From Candidatus Bathyarchaeota archaeon (lineage in GTDB: Archaea > Thermoproteota > Bathyarchaeia > Bathyarchaeales > Bathycorpusculaceae): a stretch of 64,000 nt of DNA. The stretch covers positions 96,001-160,000 of the forward strand of contig CAVZKL010000017.1 in assembly GCA_963775895.1 (NCBI GenBank), read 5' to 3'. Below are positions 30,234 to 40,414 of this stretch, piece after piece. The position numbers and the translations under genes were made by a program. The notes beneath the pieces are model-generated. The model was not told the DNA's origin. It worked only from the letters and a program-made list of their open reading frames with translations, and did no database searches. Every line of letters starts with the position of its first letter. The stretch's first letter is position 1.

Positions 30234-32098
30234 TCAGCACAGCTTCCTTCTATGGCTTTGTAGGGGCAAATGGAGATACAGAGTCCACATCCTGCGCAGG
30301 TGTTCTCATCGATGGCTACCTTGTCGTCTTCTAGGACTATTGCTGGGCAGCCCAGCAGTTTGACGCAGGCCATACAGTTCGTGCATTTATCGGTGATCCT
30401 TGCCTGAATTACCTTTATGCCGTGATGTCTTTTCTCTCTTAGATTCATCAGTGTGCATGGCGATCTGAAAACTACGACGGATGGTCCGGGTTGCTGCAGG
30501 GCTTCTTTTAGAACTGCCGTGGCTTCTTTTGTCTTGAAAGGATCCACGACTCTTACGTACTTCACGCCGCAACCTTCGGCCACTTTCTCAATGAGGACCT
30601 TTTCCGTTGGTGCTTGCATGCCAGTCACACCCGTGCCAGGGTGCGGTTGATGTCCAGTCATCGCAGTTGCCTGATTATCGAGAACAGCCACCACAACCTT
30701 GCTTTGATTGTAGACGGCGTTTATCAGCCCAGGAATTGCAGCGTGAAAGAAAGTTGAGTCTCCAAGGGTTGCGATCGTCTGTCTCCCCGTTGCTCTGCTT
30801 ATTCCTTGGGCTGTGCCGACGCTCGCTCCCATGCAGATCATGATGTCTCCAACGTTCAATGGCGGTGAAATCCCTAAGGCATAGCATCCGATGTCATCGG
30901 GGTAAACTGCTTTGTCACCCCCAACCTTCTTGATGACAAAGTAGGATGCCCGGTGAGGACAGCCTGCGCAGAGCACCGGCGGTCTGGATGGCAGGTCTCT
31001 GGTGGCTTCAACGTATCTTTCTTTAATCTTCTGGAAATCTATCGGCACTTTCTTGCTCGTTATCCTAGAGAGTCCGACCGCGACCAAACGTGTCGAAAGC
31101 TCTCCTTCTCTCGGGAAAAACTGCAGATTCATTTTGCCAAATATTTGGACTTTCGGTGCATGATCCTTGGCTACCGCCTTGATCTGCATCTCCAAGTAAG
31201 GTTCGAGCTCCTCAACGATCACAACCTTACCATGGCCTCGTAAGAAATCTGCAATCTTTCTTTCAGGAAGCGGGTGCGTCATACCCAATTTCAAAAAGTC
31301 AGCATCCAAACGCAGTAGATTCGCGGCTTCAACCGCGTAGTTGAAGGCTGAACTCGAAGATATTATGCCAATTTCTCCGTGGTTCCCAACCACCGTGTTG
31401 TAAGGTGACGTTTCGCTGAGTTCCTTGGCTTCCGCGACTTTCTTGAGAAGAACTTCATGTTTCGGTCTCGAGAAAGCCGGAACCATGATTAGGCGTTTCA
31501 TGTCTCGAATGAACTCGCCTTTCAGTTTCGGTTTCAACACTCTTCCATATTCAACGGGTCCTCGAGTATGGTTGACCCGGGTTGTTGTTCTCAGAAGAAC
31601 TGGCAACTCGAGCTTCTCAGAGATCTCGATAGCTGAGACGGTCATTTCCTTGGCTTCTTGAGGATTGGACGGTTCTAAGCATGGAAGATTTGAAAACAAT
31701 GCGTAGAAGCGGTTGTCCTGCTCGTTTTGCGAACTGTAGCATTCGGGGTCGTCTGCCGTGACAATTACGTAGCCCCCCCTCACACCCACGTAAGCAAGGG
31801 TCATAACCATGTCCGCAGCCACGTTCAATCCAACATGTTTCATCGCTGTCAGAGCTCTAACTCCACAATTAGCAGCGCCTGCGGCGACCTGGACAGCGAC
31901 CATTTCATTGACAGAATATTCCATGTACAAACCAGCGTCGCCTGCAATCTCTGATATCGAGTCGCCAATCTCGGATGCAGGTGTCCCTGGGTACGTGGTT
32001 ACCACGCCTATTCCAGCTTCAAGAATTCCTCTCGCGATGGCCTCGTTACCGAGTAGAAGCACCCGTCTCCTGGGAGTGTCTTGAAGCAGCACTCTCAT
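30230..32098 (-). CDS. iorA: indolepyruvate:ferredoxin oxidoreductase alpha subunit
   Basis: LGNEAIARG, KHVGLNVAAD, RPPVLCAGCPH, GDSTFFH, two C-terminal ferredoxin motifs. Confidence 0.92.
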   Translation of the reverse strand: MRVLLQDTPRRRVLLLGNEAIARGILEAGIGVVTTYPGTPASEIGDSISEIAGDAGLYMEYSVNEMVAVQVAAGAANCGVRALTAMKHVGLNVAADMVMTLAYVGVRGGYVIVTADDPECYSSQNEQDNRFYALFSNLPCLEPSNPQEAKEMTVSAIEISEKLELPVLLRTTTRVNHTRGPVEYGRVLKPKLKGEFIRDMKRLIMVPAFSRPKHEVLLKKVAEAKELSETSPYNTVVGNHGEIGIISSSSAFNYAVEAANLLRLDADFLKLGMTHPLPERKIADFLRGHGKVVIVEELEPYLEMQIKAVAKDHAPKVQIFGKMNLQFFPREGELSTRLVAVGLSRITSKKVPIDFQKIKERYVEATRDLPSRPPVLCAGCPHRASYFVIKKVGGDKAVYPDDIGCYALGISPPLNVGDIMICMGASVGTAQGISRATGRQTIATLGDSTFFHAAIPGLINAVYNQSKVVVAVLDNQATAMTGHQPHPGTGVTGMQAPTEKVLIEKVAEGCGVKYVRVVDPFKTKEATAVLKEALQQPGPSVVVFRSPCTLMNLREKRHHGIKVIQARITDKCTNCMACVKLLGCPAIVLEDDKVAIDENTCAGCGLCISICPYKAIEGSCAE

Positions 32099-32264
32099 GT
32101 CTGGCAATAAACTTCTCCTCAGACTGATCAGAAAGTTCTGACAGTCTGTGTCTTTCACATATAGCTTTTGGTGAAGATAAGTTGATACGTTATATCGAAA
32201 TGGGCAAACCGAAAGTATTATTAAAATCCAGACAAGATAACTGCAACCTCTCGAGGTTTACATC

Positions 32265-33710
32265 ATGTCTATAAAATTATCTACTGGTGAAGAGTTCCCA
32301 ATAGAAATGCACAAGACACGAATGGTTCAAAAAATCCAGTTAGTGCCCGTTGACGAACGTCTAAAAGCCATGGAGGAAGCAGGCTACAACACGTTTCTAC
32401 TCAAGACCAAGGACATCTTTCTCGACATGCTCACGGACAGCGGCGTAAACGCAATGAGCGACAACCAGTTTGCTGCCATGATGCGAGTTGATGACGCTTA
32501 CGCGGGAAGCATGACTTTCTACGAGTTCGCCAAAGCAGTGGACGATGTTCTGGGATACAAGCACGTGATGAACGTCCACCAAGGAAGAGCAGCCGAACAC
32601 CTTCTCGCAAAAGTCTTCGCCAAACCCGGCGGCGTAGTCCCCACAAACTACCACTTCACCACGACTCGGGCACATATTGAGCTTCAAGGAATGCAAGTTC
32701 TGGAAATCTATTATGATGAAGCATTGAAGACTGAGAGCACCAATCTATTCAAAGGATGCATGGACCCGCAGAAACTCAAGAACGTGATCAAAAAGTACGG
32801 AAAAGACAAAATCGGCTTCGTTCGAATGGAGGCAACCACTAACCTGATCGGTGGGCAACCCTTCTCCATGAAGAACCTCAAGGAGATAAAGCAGATCTGT
32901 ACGGAAAACGGACTGCTTCTGGTACTGGATGGAAGCCTGATTGCAGAAAATTGCTATTTGATAATGAAACGTGAAAAGGGATACGAAAACAAAACGGTTG
33001 CAGAAATAGCCAGGGAAATGTGCAGCATTCCTGACATCTTCTACATGAGCGGAAGAAAGAACACGTGCGTCAGAGGTGGTTGCATTGGAACGAATAATCT
33101 GAAACTCTTCGAACTGATACAACCTTGGCTTCCTGTGTACGAAGGCTTCTTTACGTACGGTGGTATGTCCATGCGCGAGATCGGCGCGATGGCCGTTGGA
33201 ATGAGGGAGATGGTGGATCCTGAAGTTGCTGGATGTTCAGTTGAGCAAATCAAATACTTTGTCAATAAACTTTCTAAAGCTGGAATTCCAGTTGTCACTC
33301 CGCCGGGTGGATTGGCGTGCCATCTCGACGCGATGAGATTCTTGCCTCATGTTCCACAACCGCAGTACCCCGCAGGAGCTCTGGCCGCGGCGCTTTACAT
33401 TTCCTCAGGAATCAGAAGTATGGAAAGAGGAACCATTTCGGTCGACAGAGACAAAGACACTGGAAAGGAAATCATGGCAGACATTGAACTGACTAGACTC
33501 GCATTACCTAGAAGAGTGTACTCGGTGTCGCATATTGAATACGCAATCGATAGAATAAAGTGGTTGTATGCACACCGAAAACTTGTGAAAGGTTTGAAAT
33601 TCGTGTCCGAACCACCAGTGCTCAGGTTCTTCCTCGGAAAACTCCGAGCCCTAGACAACTGGGGAAAAGACCTGTCCGAAACCTACAAGAAAGAAATGGG
33701 CCAGCTTTAA
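32265..33710 (+). CDS. beta-eliminating lyase, tyrosine phenol-lyase/tryptophanase family
   Basis: DMLTDSG, DDAYAGS, HQGRAAE, MSGRK (PLP Lys), YGGM, RLALPRRVY. Confidence 0.9.
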   Translation: MSIKLSTGEEFPIEMHKTRMVQKIQLVPVDERLKAMEEAGYNTFLLKTKDIFLDMLTDSGVNAMSDNQFAAMMRVDDAYAGSMTFYEFAKAVDDVLGYKHVMNVHQGRAAEHLLAKVFAKPGGVVPTNYHFTTTRAHIELQGMQVLEIYYDEALKTESTNLFKGCMDPQKLKNVIKKYGKDKIGFVRMEATTNLIGGQPFSMKNLKEIKQICTENGLLLVLDGSLIAENCYLIMKREKGYENKTVAEIAREMCSIPDIFYMSGRKNTCVRGGCIGTNNLKLFELIQPWLPVYEGFFTYGGMSMREIGAMAVGMREMVDPEVAGCSVEQIKYFVNKLSKAGIPVVTPPGGLACHLDAMRFLPHVPQPQYPAGALAAALYISSGIRSMERGTISVDRDKDTGKEIMADIELTRLALPRRVYSVSHIEYAIDRIKWLYAHRKLVKGLKFVSEPPVLRFFLGKLRALDNWGKDLSETYKKEMGQL

Positions 33711-33750
33711 AGCCCTCTTCTACCTCTTTTTCGCCGCTCCTATGATTTTT

Positions 33751-34413
33751 TCAAAGCTTCAGCTTCTTCAACTGCTCAAGAATGTCTTCGACAGCCATTT
33801 CAGGAGTTGTTTCAAGGCTCTCGGCCTTGAAATCCACAAAGGGCACTTTTTTCTCCAAGTAGTATTTGAGAATTGGCTCGGTCTGACGTTCATAGACCCC
33901 TATTCGTTCTTTGATAACCTGAGGCGTATCATCGGAACGTTGGTAAAGCGGCCCACCGCATTTATCGCATATTCCTTCGACCTTAGGTTTAAGAAATCTA
34001 GTGTTATACACTTGTCCACAGTTTTTGCATATTCTTCGACTTGACAGTCTCTCAATGATAATCCAGTCTGGAACCGTCAGTTTGATGACGCCATCGATTT
34101 TTGTGAGCTTGTCCAACTCCTTGGCCTGCTCGATCGTTCTAGGAAAGCCGTCAAGTATGAAGCCTTTCTTGTTCGAAAGGCGAGACATGCGCTCCCGAAG
34201 TACTTGAATGACAACCTCGTCTGGAACCAGTTGTCCCTTTTCAACATATCCCTTCACTTTCTTTCCAAGTGAGCTATCCTCTTTCATAATCTCTCGAAGC
34301 ATGTCTCCAGTGGCAAACACGTCAACACCAAGTTCTGCTTGCAAGCGAGATGCGTAAGTTCCCTTGCCCGAGCCTGGCGGACCAAAGATGATGAGCTTCA
34401 TCGTTTTCACCAT
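33751..34413 (-). CDS. adk: adenylate kinase, bacterial type with Zn-LID
   Basis: GPPGSGKGT, GDMLR, LDGFPRT, CKNC..CDKC, QRSDD. Confidence 0.92.
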   Translation of the reverse strand: MVKTMKLIIFGPPGSGKGTYASRLQAELGVDVFATGDMLREIMKEDSSLGKKVKGYVEKGQLVPDEVVIQVLRERMSRLSNKKGFILDGFPRTIEQAKELDKLTKIDGVIKLTVPDWIIIERLSSRRICKNCGQVYNTRFLKPKVEGICDKCGGPLYQRSDDTPQVIKERIGVYERQTEPILKYYLEKKVPFVDFKAESLETTPEMAVEDILEQLKKLKL

Positions 34414-34458
34414 GTTACAGCGTCTGTTTGCTTAGTACCACAGATTTTTCAGTGGAGC

Positions 34459-35241
34459 CTACTTACCCTTGAAAACTGGCTTTCTTTTTTCTGTGAAGGC
34501 TGAGACTCCTTCTTTGAGGTCTTCGCTGGACCCTACAACTCCAAAGCCTTCGCGTTCAAGAGCCAAAGCTGACTCTAGACCTGTGTCACTGCCTCTGTTG
34601 ATCAACGCCTTAGCAACTTTGATTGCCACCGGCGCTTTTGAAGCCAAGTCTTGGGCAAACTGGCGGACGGTTTCCCTGAATTTGTCCGCGGGCACGACCG
34701 CGTTTACGATTCCAATCTGTTCAGCCGTTTTTGCATCTATGATCCTTCCTGTGAAAACCATTTCTTTCGCCTTAGTCATGCCCACAAGTCGGGTCAGTCT
34801 TTGCGTGCCACCCCAGCCAGGGATGAGTCCGAAATTGATTTCTGTCTGCCCCATTTTGGCGTTTTCCGAGGCTATTCGAAGGTCGCATGCCATCGCAACT
34901 TCTAAACCGCCGCCCAAAGCGTAGCCGTTGATTGCGGCCACTATTGGTTTTTCAAGATTTTCTAGGCTCGTGCACAGTCTCTCACCCATGAGCGACAGTT
35001 CTCTCGCCTTGAGGGCCGTCATTCCAGTCATGGCCTTTATGTCGGCGCCTGCCGAGAAGGCTTTTTCGCCTGCTCCAGTCAACACAACGGCTCGGATTGC
35101 TTCGTCGGTTTTGATGTCGCCCAGCGCATCGAGGATTTCTTCTACGACTTCTTTGCTGAAAGCGTTAAGTGCTTCAGGACGGTTCAGTGTTATTGTGGCT
35201 ACGCCGCCGCTCTTTTCATAGATTATGTACTTGAATTCCAT
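34459..35241 (-). CDS. crt: enoyl-CoA hydratase (crotonase)
   Basis: AFSAGADI, GGGLE, E...G.IPGWGGTQRL. Confidence 0.9.
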   Translation of the reverse strand: MEFKYIIYEKSGGVATITLNRPEALNAFSKEVVEEILDALGDIKTDEAIRAVVLTGAGEKAFSAGADIKAMTGMTALKARELSLMGERLCTSLENLEKPIVAAINGYALGGGLEVAMACDLRIASENAKMGQTEINFGLIPGWGGTQRLTRLVGMTKAKEMVFTGRIIDAKTAEQIGIVNAVVPADKFRETVRQFAQDLASKAPVAIKVAKALINRGSDTGLESALALEREGFGVVGSSEDLKEGVSAFTEKRKPVFKGK

Positions 35242-35258
35242 AGAATCTCACTCCACGT

Positions 35259-36134
35259 CTATTTCTGCGTCCAGTCGTAGAAGCCTTTTCCGGATTTTCT
35301 TCCGAGCATCTGCGCTCTGACCATCTGTTTCAAGCCTACAGTGGCATGGAACTTCGGGTCGAGCTCTTTTGTCAAGACGTCAGCGATGGACAAAGTTGTG
35401 TCCAGACCAATGTAGTCCAGTAGTGTCAAGGGACCCATGGGCCAGTTTAACCCAAGTTTTATCGCCTTGTCAATGTCTTCTTTCTCAGCGACTCCCTCCC
35501 AGTACAGAGCGACGGCCTCATTCAAGGCGGGGATTAAGATACGGTTGACTATGAACCCCGGACTGTCCTTTTTCACGAGAACTGTTTCCTTCTCCATCTT
35601 GTGAGCAACGGCCAAGACTGTTTCGACCGTTTGGTCTGATGTCTTGGCTCCTCTGATGACCTCGACGAGTTTCATCAGTTGCGGCGGGTTGAAAAAGTGC
35701 ATTCCGCACACTTTTTCAGGACGTTTGGTGGCTGACGCCATTTCCGTGATACTCACAGAAGAAGTGTTGGAAGCAATAATCGCATGGGATGGAGCATAAC
35801 CGTCAACTTCTCTAAAGGTGGTTTTCTTCAGTTCGATGTTCTCAGGTATTGCCTCAATCACTAGATCGGCGTTTGAAACCGCTTCCTTCAGACTGAGCAT
35901 AGGATGAACCCTTCCCAGAATCGCCTTCATGTCCGCGTCTGAAAGTTGTCCTTTCTTGACGAATCGTTGAAGACTGTCGTTTATCATGCCCATGCCTCCA
36001 TCGATAAACCTTTGTTCAACGTCACGGATGTTGACCTCGTACCGTCCAACTTGGGCTGCTACTTGAGCTATTCCGTGTCCCATCAGACCTGCGCCCAAAA
36101 CTGCGACTGTTTTGATTTCCGTCAATTTCATCAC
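35259..36134 (-). CDS. hbd: 3-hydroxyacyl/3-hydroxybutyryl-CoA dehydrogenase
   Basis: GAGLMGHGIA, SNTSS, GMHFFNP, PMGP, GRKSGKGFY. Confidence 0.9.
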   Translation of the reverse strand: MMKLTEIKTVAVLGAGLMGHGIAQVAAQVGRYEVNIRDVEQRFIDGGMGMINDSLQRFVKKGQLSDADMKAILGRVHPMLSLKEAVSNADLVIEAIPENIELKKTTFREVDGYAPSHAIIASNTSSVSITEMASATKRPEKVCGMHFFNPPQLMKLVEVIRGAKTSDQTVETVLAVAHKMEKETVLVKKDSPGFIVNRILIPALNEAVALYWEGVAEKEDIDKAIKLGLNWPMGPLTLLDYIGLDTTLSIADVLTKELDPKFHATVGLKQMVRAQMLGRKSGKGFYDWTQK

Positions 36135-36275
36135 CCATCATTTTAGAATTAGTAACTCGACCGTTTTTGCTAAAAAGGTTTTCCAGCTATGTATTGAGAA
36201 AGATATCTCAATCTGAGCAGCAAAAGGAATCTATTCGACTCTGCACTCATTGACTGTCTTCGAAAAGTTGGAATG

Positions 36276-37804
36276 TCAGAAGATGAAGTCTTTGCTGAGC
36301 CACTCTGGGTACCACTTCAATTTTTCCAAAGGTTCAGCTTTTCGCAGTCCGTTGTACGTTGCTTTTGCAAGGACAATTGTTTTCTTCGAGTTACGGTAGA
36401 GCTTGACGAGTTCTTTTGATTCTAGTTTCATCAGAATTTCATCGAGTTTCTCATCATTTGCATCGTTGAGTCTTTCCTTGAGATCCTCCCTGGACATGTA
36501 GAGGCCTGGGTTCACCACGTAGTCTTCGGTGAGAATTTTCAGCAGGTTTTCTTCGGTTGGCTCACGTTTCAGCGGTGATTCAGCCGTTGAGATTGGAACC
36601 TTGATCTTCTTGTTCAATTGCCTGTGGGGCATTTTCAGGTCTTCGGCCATGTCTTTAAGTCCGCCACGGAGTATTACGAGTCTCATGATATCGTTGGTTC
36701 CGGCTCCGATTTGGTTGACTTTTGCATCGCGGAGGTACGTTTCGACAGGATAGAATCTTGTCCAACCGTCTCCTCCCATGACCTGGATCGCGTTGCTGAC
36801 GAGTCTCTCATATGTCTCTGAAGTGAACATTTTTGCGTTTGCAGCTTCGACCATCGCGTCTTCGTGCTCGTCCAGCAGGTGTGCAGCATGATACACCAGT
36901 AGTCTTGAAGTGTACAGTTGTGAGATCATCTCGGCTATCTTCGCTTGGTTTGTCGGGAGATCTGAAGTGGGCTTGTCGAACTGCATTCTTCTCTGCGATA
37001 AGTCACTGCGTGCCGTATGGATTCTCTCATCGGTCCAAGCATTCCGGCGGAATATACGACGCGTTCGAAATTCAAGCCTGCCATCATCACTTTCCAACCT
37101 GCGCCCTCGGGTCCAATGCAATTTTCAGCAGGAACTTTGACGTTGTCAAAGTCTAAGAACCCATTTGGAAGGCCGATCCACCCTGACAGTTCGTTGATTT
37201 TTTCAATCGAAAAGCCAGGTGTCTTCTTTTCGACGAGAAACGCGGTCAAGTGTTGATATTTCGTTCTGTCTTCCGGCTTCTCACTTGATCTCGCGTAAAC
37301 TACGTAGATGTCTGCGAGTCCCGCGTTGGTGATGAAACGTTTTTTTCCGTTCAGAACGTAGTTTTCTCCTTCACGTTTGGCCATCGTTTCGATTCCAGCG
37401 GCGTCGGAGCCCACAAAAGGTTCGGTGATGCATACCGCTCCCACGAGCTCGCCTTTGGCTATTCTTGGAAGCCATTTACTTTTCTGCTCTTCAGTGCCGA
37501 AACTCAATAGTTGTTCAACTCCGCCGAACATTGATACCGAATACGCTTCTGAAAGCGCTGAGCAGACTCTGCTAAGCTCTTCTGCAATTATGCTTGTTCC
37601 AGTGACTTTTGCGTCCATTCCACCATATTTCTCGGGGATGACGGCTCCAAACCATCCTTTATGAGCGACCTGTCTCAACAAATCTGTGGGGAACTCCTTC
37701 GTCCAGAAAACTTCCTCGCCTTGAGGGATGCTCTTATCAGCGAAGGCTTTTGCTTCTTCCATTAAGGCCTTTTGCTTGTCATTCCACCATGAATATGCTT
37801 CCAT
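36276..37804 (-). CDS. acyl-CoA dehydrogenase with C-terminal wHTH-like extension, frameshifted near 36950-37000
   Basis: ITEP..GSD, LNG.K.FITN, LNFER, QVMGG.G, RDAK...IGAGTNDI, then about 110 extra residues. Confidence 0.85.
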
Positions 37805-38117
37805 AATCGTGCACCTGAAGTGATATTGACTGGTGGCTCAATGGAATTTTAAACTTTCGCTGTGCGAGAAAACGTGTTCTCGCGCGCGCGAAAAACTATG
37901 CCAAGGAAAACTGTGACCACAAAACCTGTGAATGCTCCAAGCATTACGCTGCCCATGGTCACACCAGAATCGCTAATTGAATGTGGGAACTAAAGAATTT
38001 CGCCTTCTTACGGACAACCCCAGGTCTAGCGTTTATTCGTCGAATGCTCGATCATATCAAATCTTATATGATTGACGCGAGAATAGAAGAATAGCCTAGG
38101 TCTGCCACGTTCGGATT

Positions 38118-39455
38118 GTGTCTTGTATGAGAAAGACCATTTTCAAGAAACTCGAAGCCCAAGGCCTGATTACAAATTATAATCACATGAGAAAAAACTT
38201 GCCTCCGAAACTTCCAGAAAAAGTTTTCATCTGGGATGAGACAATCTATGAAGGTGCTCAGACTCCAGCTGTTTTTCTGACCTACGTTGAAAAGGTCAAA
38301 CTGGCGAAGATGATGGACGAAATGGGCGTTTCGGTGATAGAGGTCGGTTTCCCAGGTCTTTCGGAGCAGGAGAAAACAACCGTCAAGAAAATTGCAAACG
38401 AAGGTTTTCAACAATCAAGCATTGCGGCTTCTTCACGCATAATGAAGAGCGACATCGATGCATGCCTTGACTGCGGCATAAGAGACATATCAATCGTAAC
38501 CGCATTCAACGGGCTTCAGCTTCAGAACAGGCTTAAAATGAAGAAAACCGAAGTGCTGCAGAAGACTGTTGAAAGCGTCGAATACGCAAAGAAGCATGGG
38601 GCAAGAGTCATTCTCGTTCTCGAAGATGGATCGCGCACGCCTCTGGAGAACATGCTGGAGATTTTCGAAGCAACGGTGAGAGTTGGCGCTGACCGACTGG
38701 TTATCGCAGACACCGTTGGGTTTCTGAGACCGCTGTCGATGCGCTACCTCATCTCACACGTCAGAGACGAACTGAACGGACGCGTGAAGAAACAAGTTCC
38801 TCTAGCCGTCCATTGCCACAACGACTTCGGGCTCGCCACTGCAAACACGCTAGCGGCTGTCGAGGAGGGCGTAACTTACCTGCATACATGCGTGGCTGGT
38901 TTTGGCCAGAGAGCAGGCTGTGCGCCTTTGGAGGAAGTCACCACGGCTCTGGAGCTACTTTACGACGTGGACACCGGAGTGGACCTCGGAAAACTGTTCA
39001 GACTCTCGCAGATGGTGGAAAAGGCCTTCGCGATGCCCATTCAATTCCACAAACCTATCATCGGTGAGAACGCTTTCTCCTATGAGATGGACGAAAACAC
39101 TAAGACAATGCTGTCAAACCCGATCGTGGATGAGCCTTTCCCACCCGAAATCATCGGCAGAGAAACAACGTTTCACATGGGCAGACGAACGGGAAAACGT
39201 GTCGTCGAGGACCGATTGAAGATCGCTGAAATAAACGCCACGCCGATTCAGATAGACGACATCGTGAAAAGAATCAGGGGAGCACAAGAGTCTTTGGACA
39301 AGGGTGAGGCCCAAATGACCTTCTACCAGGTCAAGAAACTCATGAAGGAAATGAGGAAAAGCCTTACTGAGGAAGAATTTTGGAGAATTGTCGAACAAGT
39401 TACAAAGCAGAAGCCTAAGCTGCCACAGCCGCCAGGTTCCGCGGCCCCCGCTTAG
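38118..39455 (+). CDS. isopropylmalate/homocitrate/citramalate synthase family (DRE-TIM), degenerate motif
   Basis: IEVGFP, ADTVG, HCHNDFGLA.AN, KPIIGENAF. Confidence 0.8.
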   Translation: MSCMRKTIFKKLEAQGLITNYNHMRKNLPPKLPEKVFIWDETIYEGAQTPAVFLTYVEKVKLAKMMDEMGVSVIEVGFPGLSEQEKTTVKKIANEGFQQSSIAASSRIMKSDIDACLDCGIRDISIVTAFNGLQLQNRLKMKKTEVLQKTVESVEYAKKHGARVILVLEDGSRTPLENMLEIFEATVRVGADRLVIADTVGFLRPLSMRYLISHVRDELNGRVKKQVPLAVHCHNDFGLATANTLAAVEEGVTYLHTCVAGFGQRAGCAPLEEVTTALELLYDVDTGVDLGKLFRLSQMVEKAFAMPIQFHKPIIGENAFSYEMDENTKTMLSNPIVDEPFPPEIIGRETTFHMGRRTGKRVVEDRLKIAEINATPIQIDDIVKRIRGAQESLDKGEAQMTFYQVKKLMKEMRKSLTEEEFWRIVEQVTKQKPKLPQPPGSAAPA

Positions 39456-39610
39456 TTCTTCTCACGTAGGCATGTTTTTCGAAGAGTTCTTGCGTCCAAT
39501 GAATCCTCAGTCTTTCCCTCTCCTACTGTTGCCCTCTGACTCTGTCGATCTTTCCAGGTTGACGCTACGAAGAGAACCACAGATAACGTGGATTTAATGA
39601 AGCGCGTCGA

Positions 39611-40399
39611 CTACTTCGTTCTCGGTATGTATATTCCGGTGGGGTCAATTGCCCTCAGCAGTTCCAACTCTTCGAGCGTCGGAAGTTCTGTGGTTGGAAC
39701 GTTTTGAGGGGTTTTCAGGTCGAAGCTTGAGTTCTCAACGACTTGTTCAACCGTTACACCCGGGTGCACGGTGGCCAGTCTTATGCGTTTTGTGTGCGGG
39801 TCAAAATCCATCTGACAGAGGTTGGTGACTACTAATGAGGGTCCGCCGCCCACTAAACCTGCCTTTTCTCTGGCTCCAGGTCCGTCGAGGAAACCGGGAC
39901 TTGTCAGGTAATCGAGCTTGTTGACCATTTTCCTCTTTTCGTGGGGCATTATGACGACTATGCGTTTGGCTGAAGAGACCATGTCGTTTCCTCCGCCGCT
40001 TCCTGGCAGTCTGACCGTTGGTTTCTCGAAGCTTCCGATGTACGTGGTGTTGATGTTTCCGTACGCGTCGATCTGGGCTGCACCGACGAACCCCAGGTCC
40101 ACGTGTCCTCCTTGAACCATGAGCCCAAGCGTTTCGAGCAGTCCGATTGCTCCTGACGCTCGCCAGCCAAGTCTTGAATCGGCGATGGACAAGGCCAAAT
40201 CTTTCGCGTTCGAATCTATGAAACCCGATTCAAAAACGATCTTCGCTCGAGGCGCATGAGTTCGTTTGGCCAGGAGTGAAGCAACCATGGGGAGCCCCGT
40301 TCCGACGAACACCACTTCCCCGTTCTTTATCTGTCGCGAGCCGCAAACGGCCATCAGTTCCAGAGTGCTGAACTCGCTTGGTTTTGCAAGTCTTGACAT
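39611..40399 (-). CDS. family I CoA-transferase beta subunit (GctB-like)
   Basis: FVGTGLP, FESG (catalytic Glu), GAAQID.YGN.N, RLPGSGG.ND. Confidence 0.85.
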   Translation of the reverse strand: MSRLAKPSEFSTLELMAVCGSRQIKNGEVVFVGTGLPMVASLLAKRTHAPRAKIVFESGFIDSNAKDLALSIADSRLGWRASGAIGLLETLGLMVQGGHVDLGFVGAAQIDAYGNINTTYIGSFEKPTVRLPGSGGGNDMVSSAKRIVVIMPHEKRKMVNKLDYLTSPGFLDGPGAREKAGLVGGGPSLVVTNLCQMDFDPHTKRIRLATVHPGVTVEQVVENSSFDLKTPQNVPTTELPTLEELELLRAIDPTGIYIPRTK

Positions 40400-40414
40400 G
40401 ATTCTTTCTCCCTC

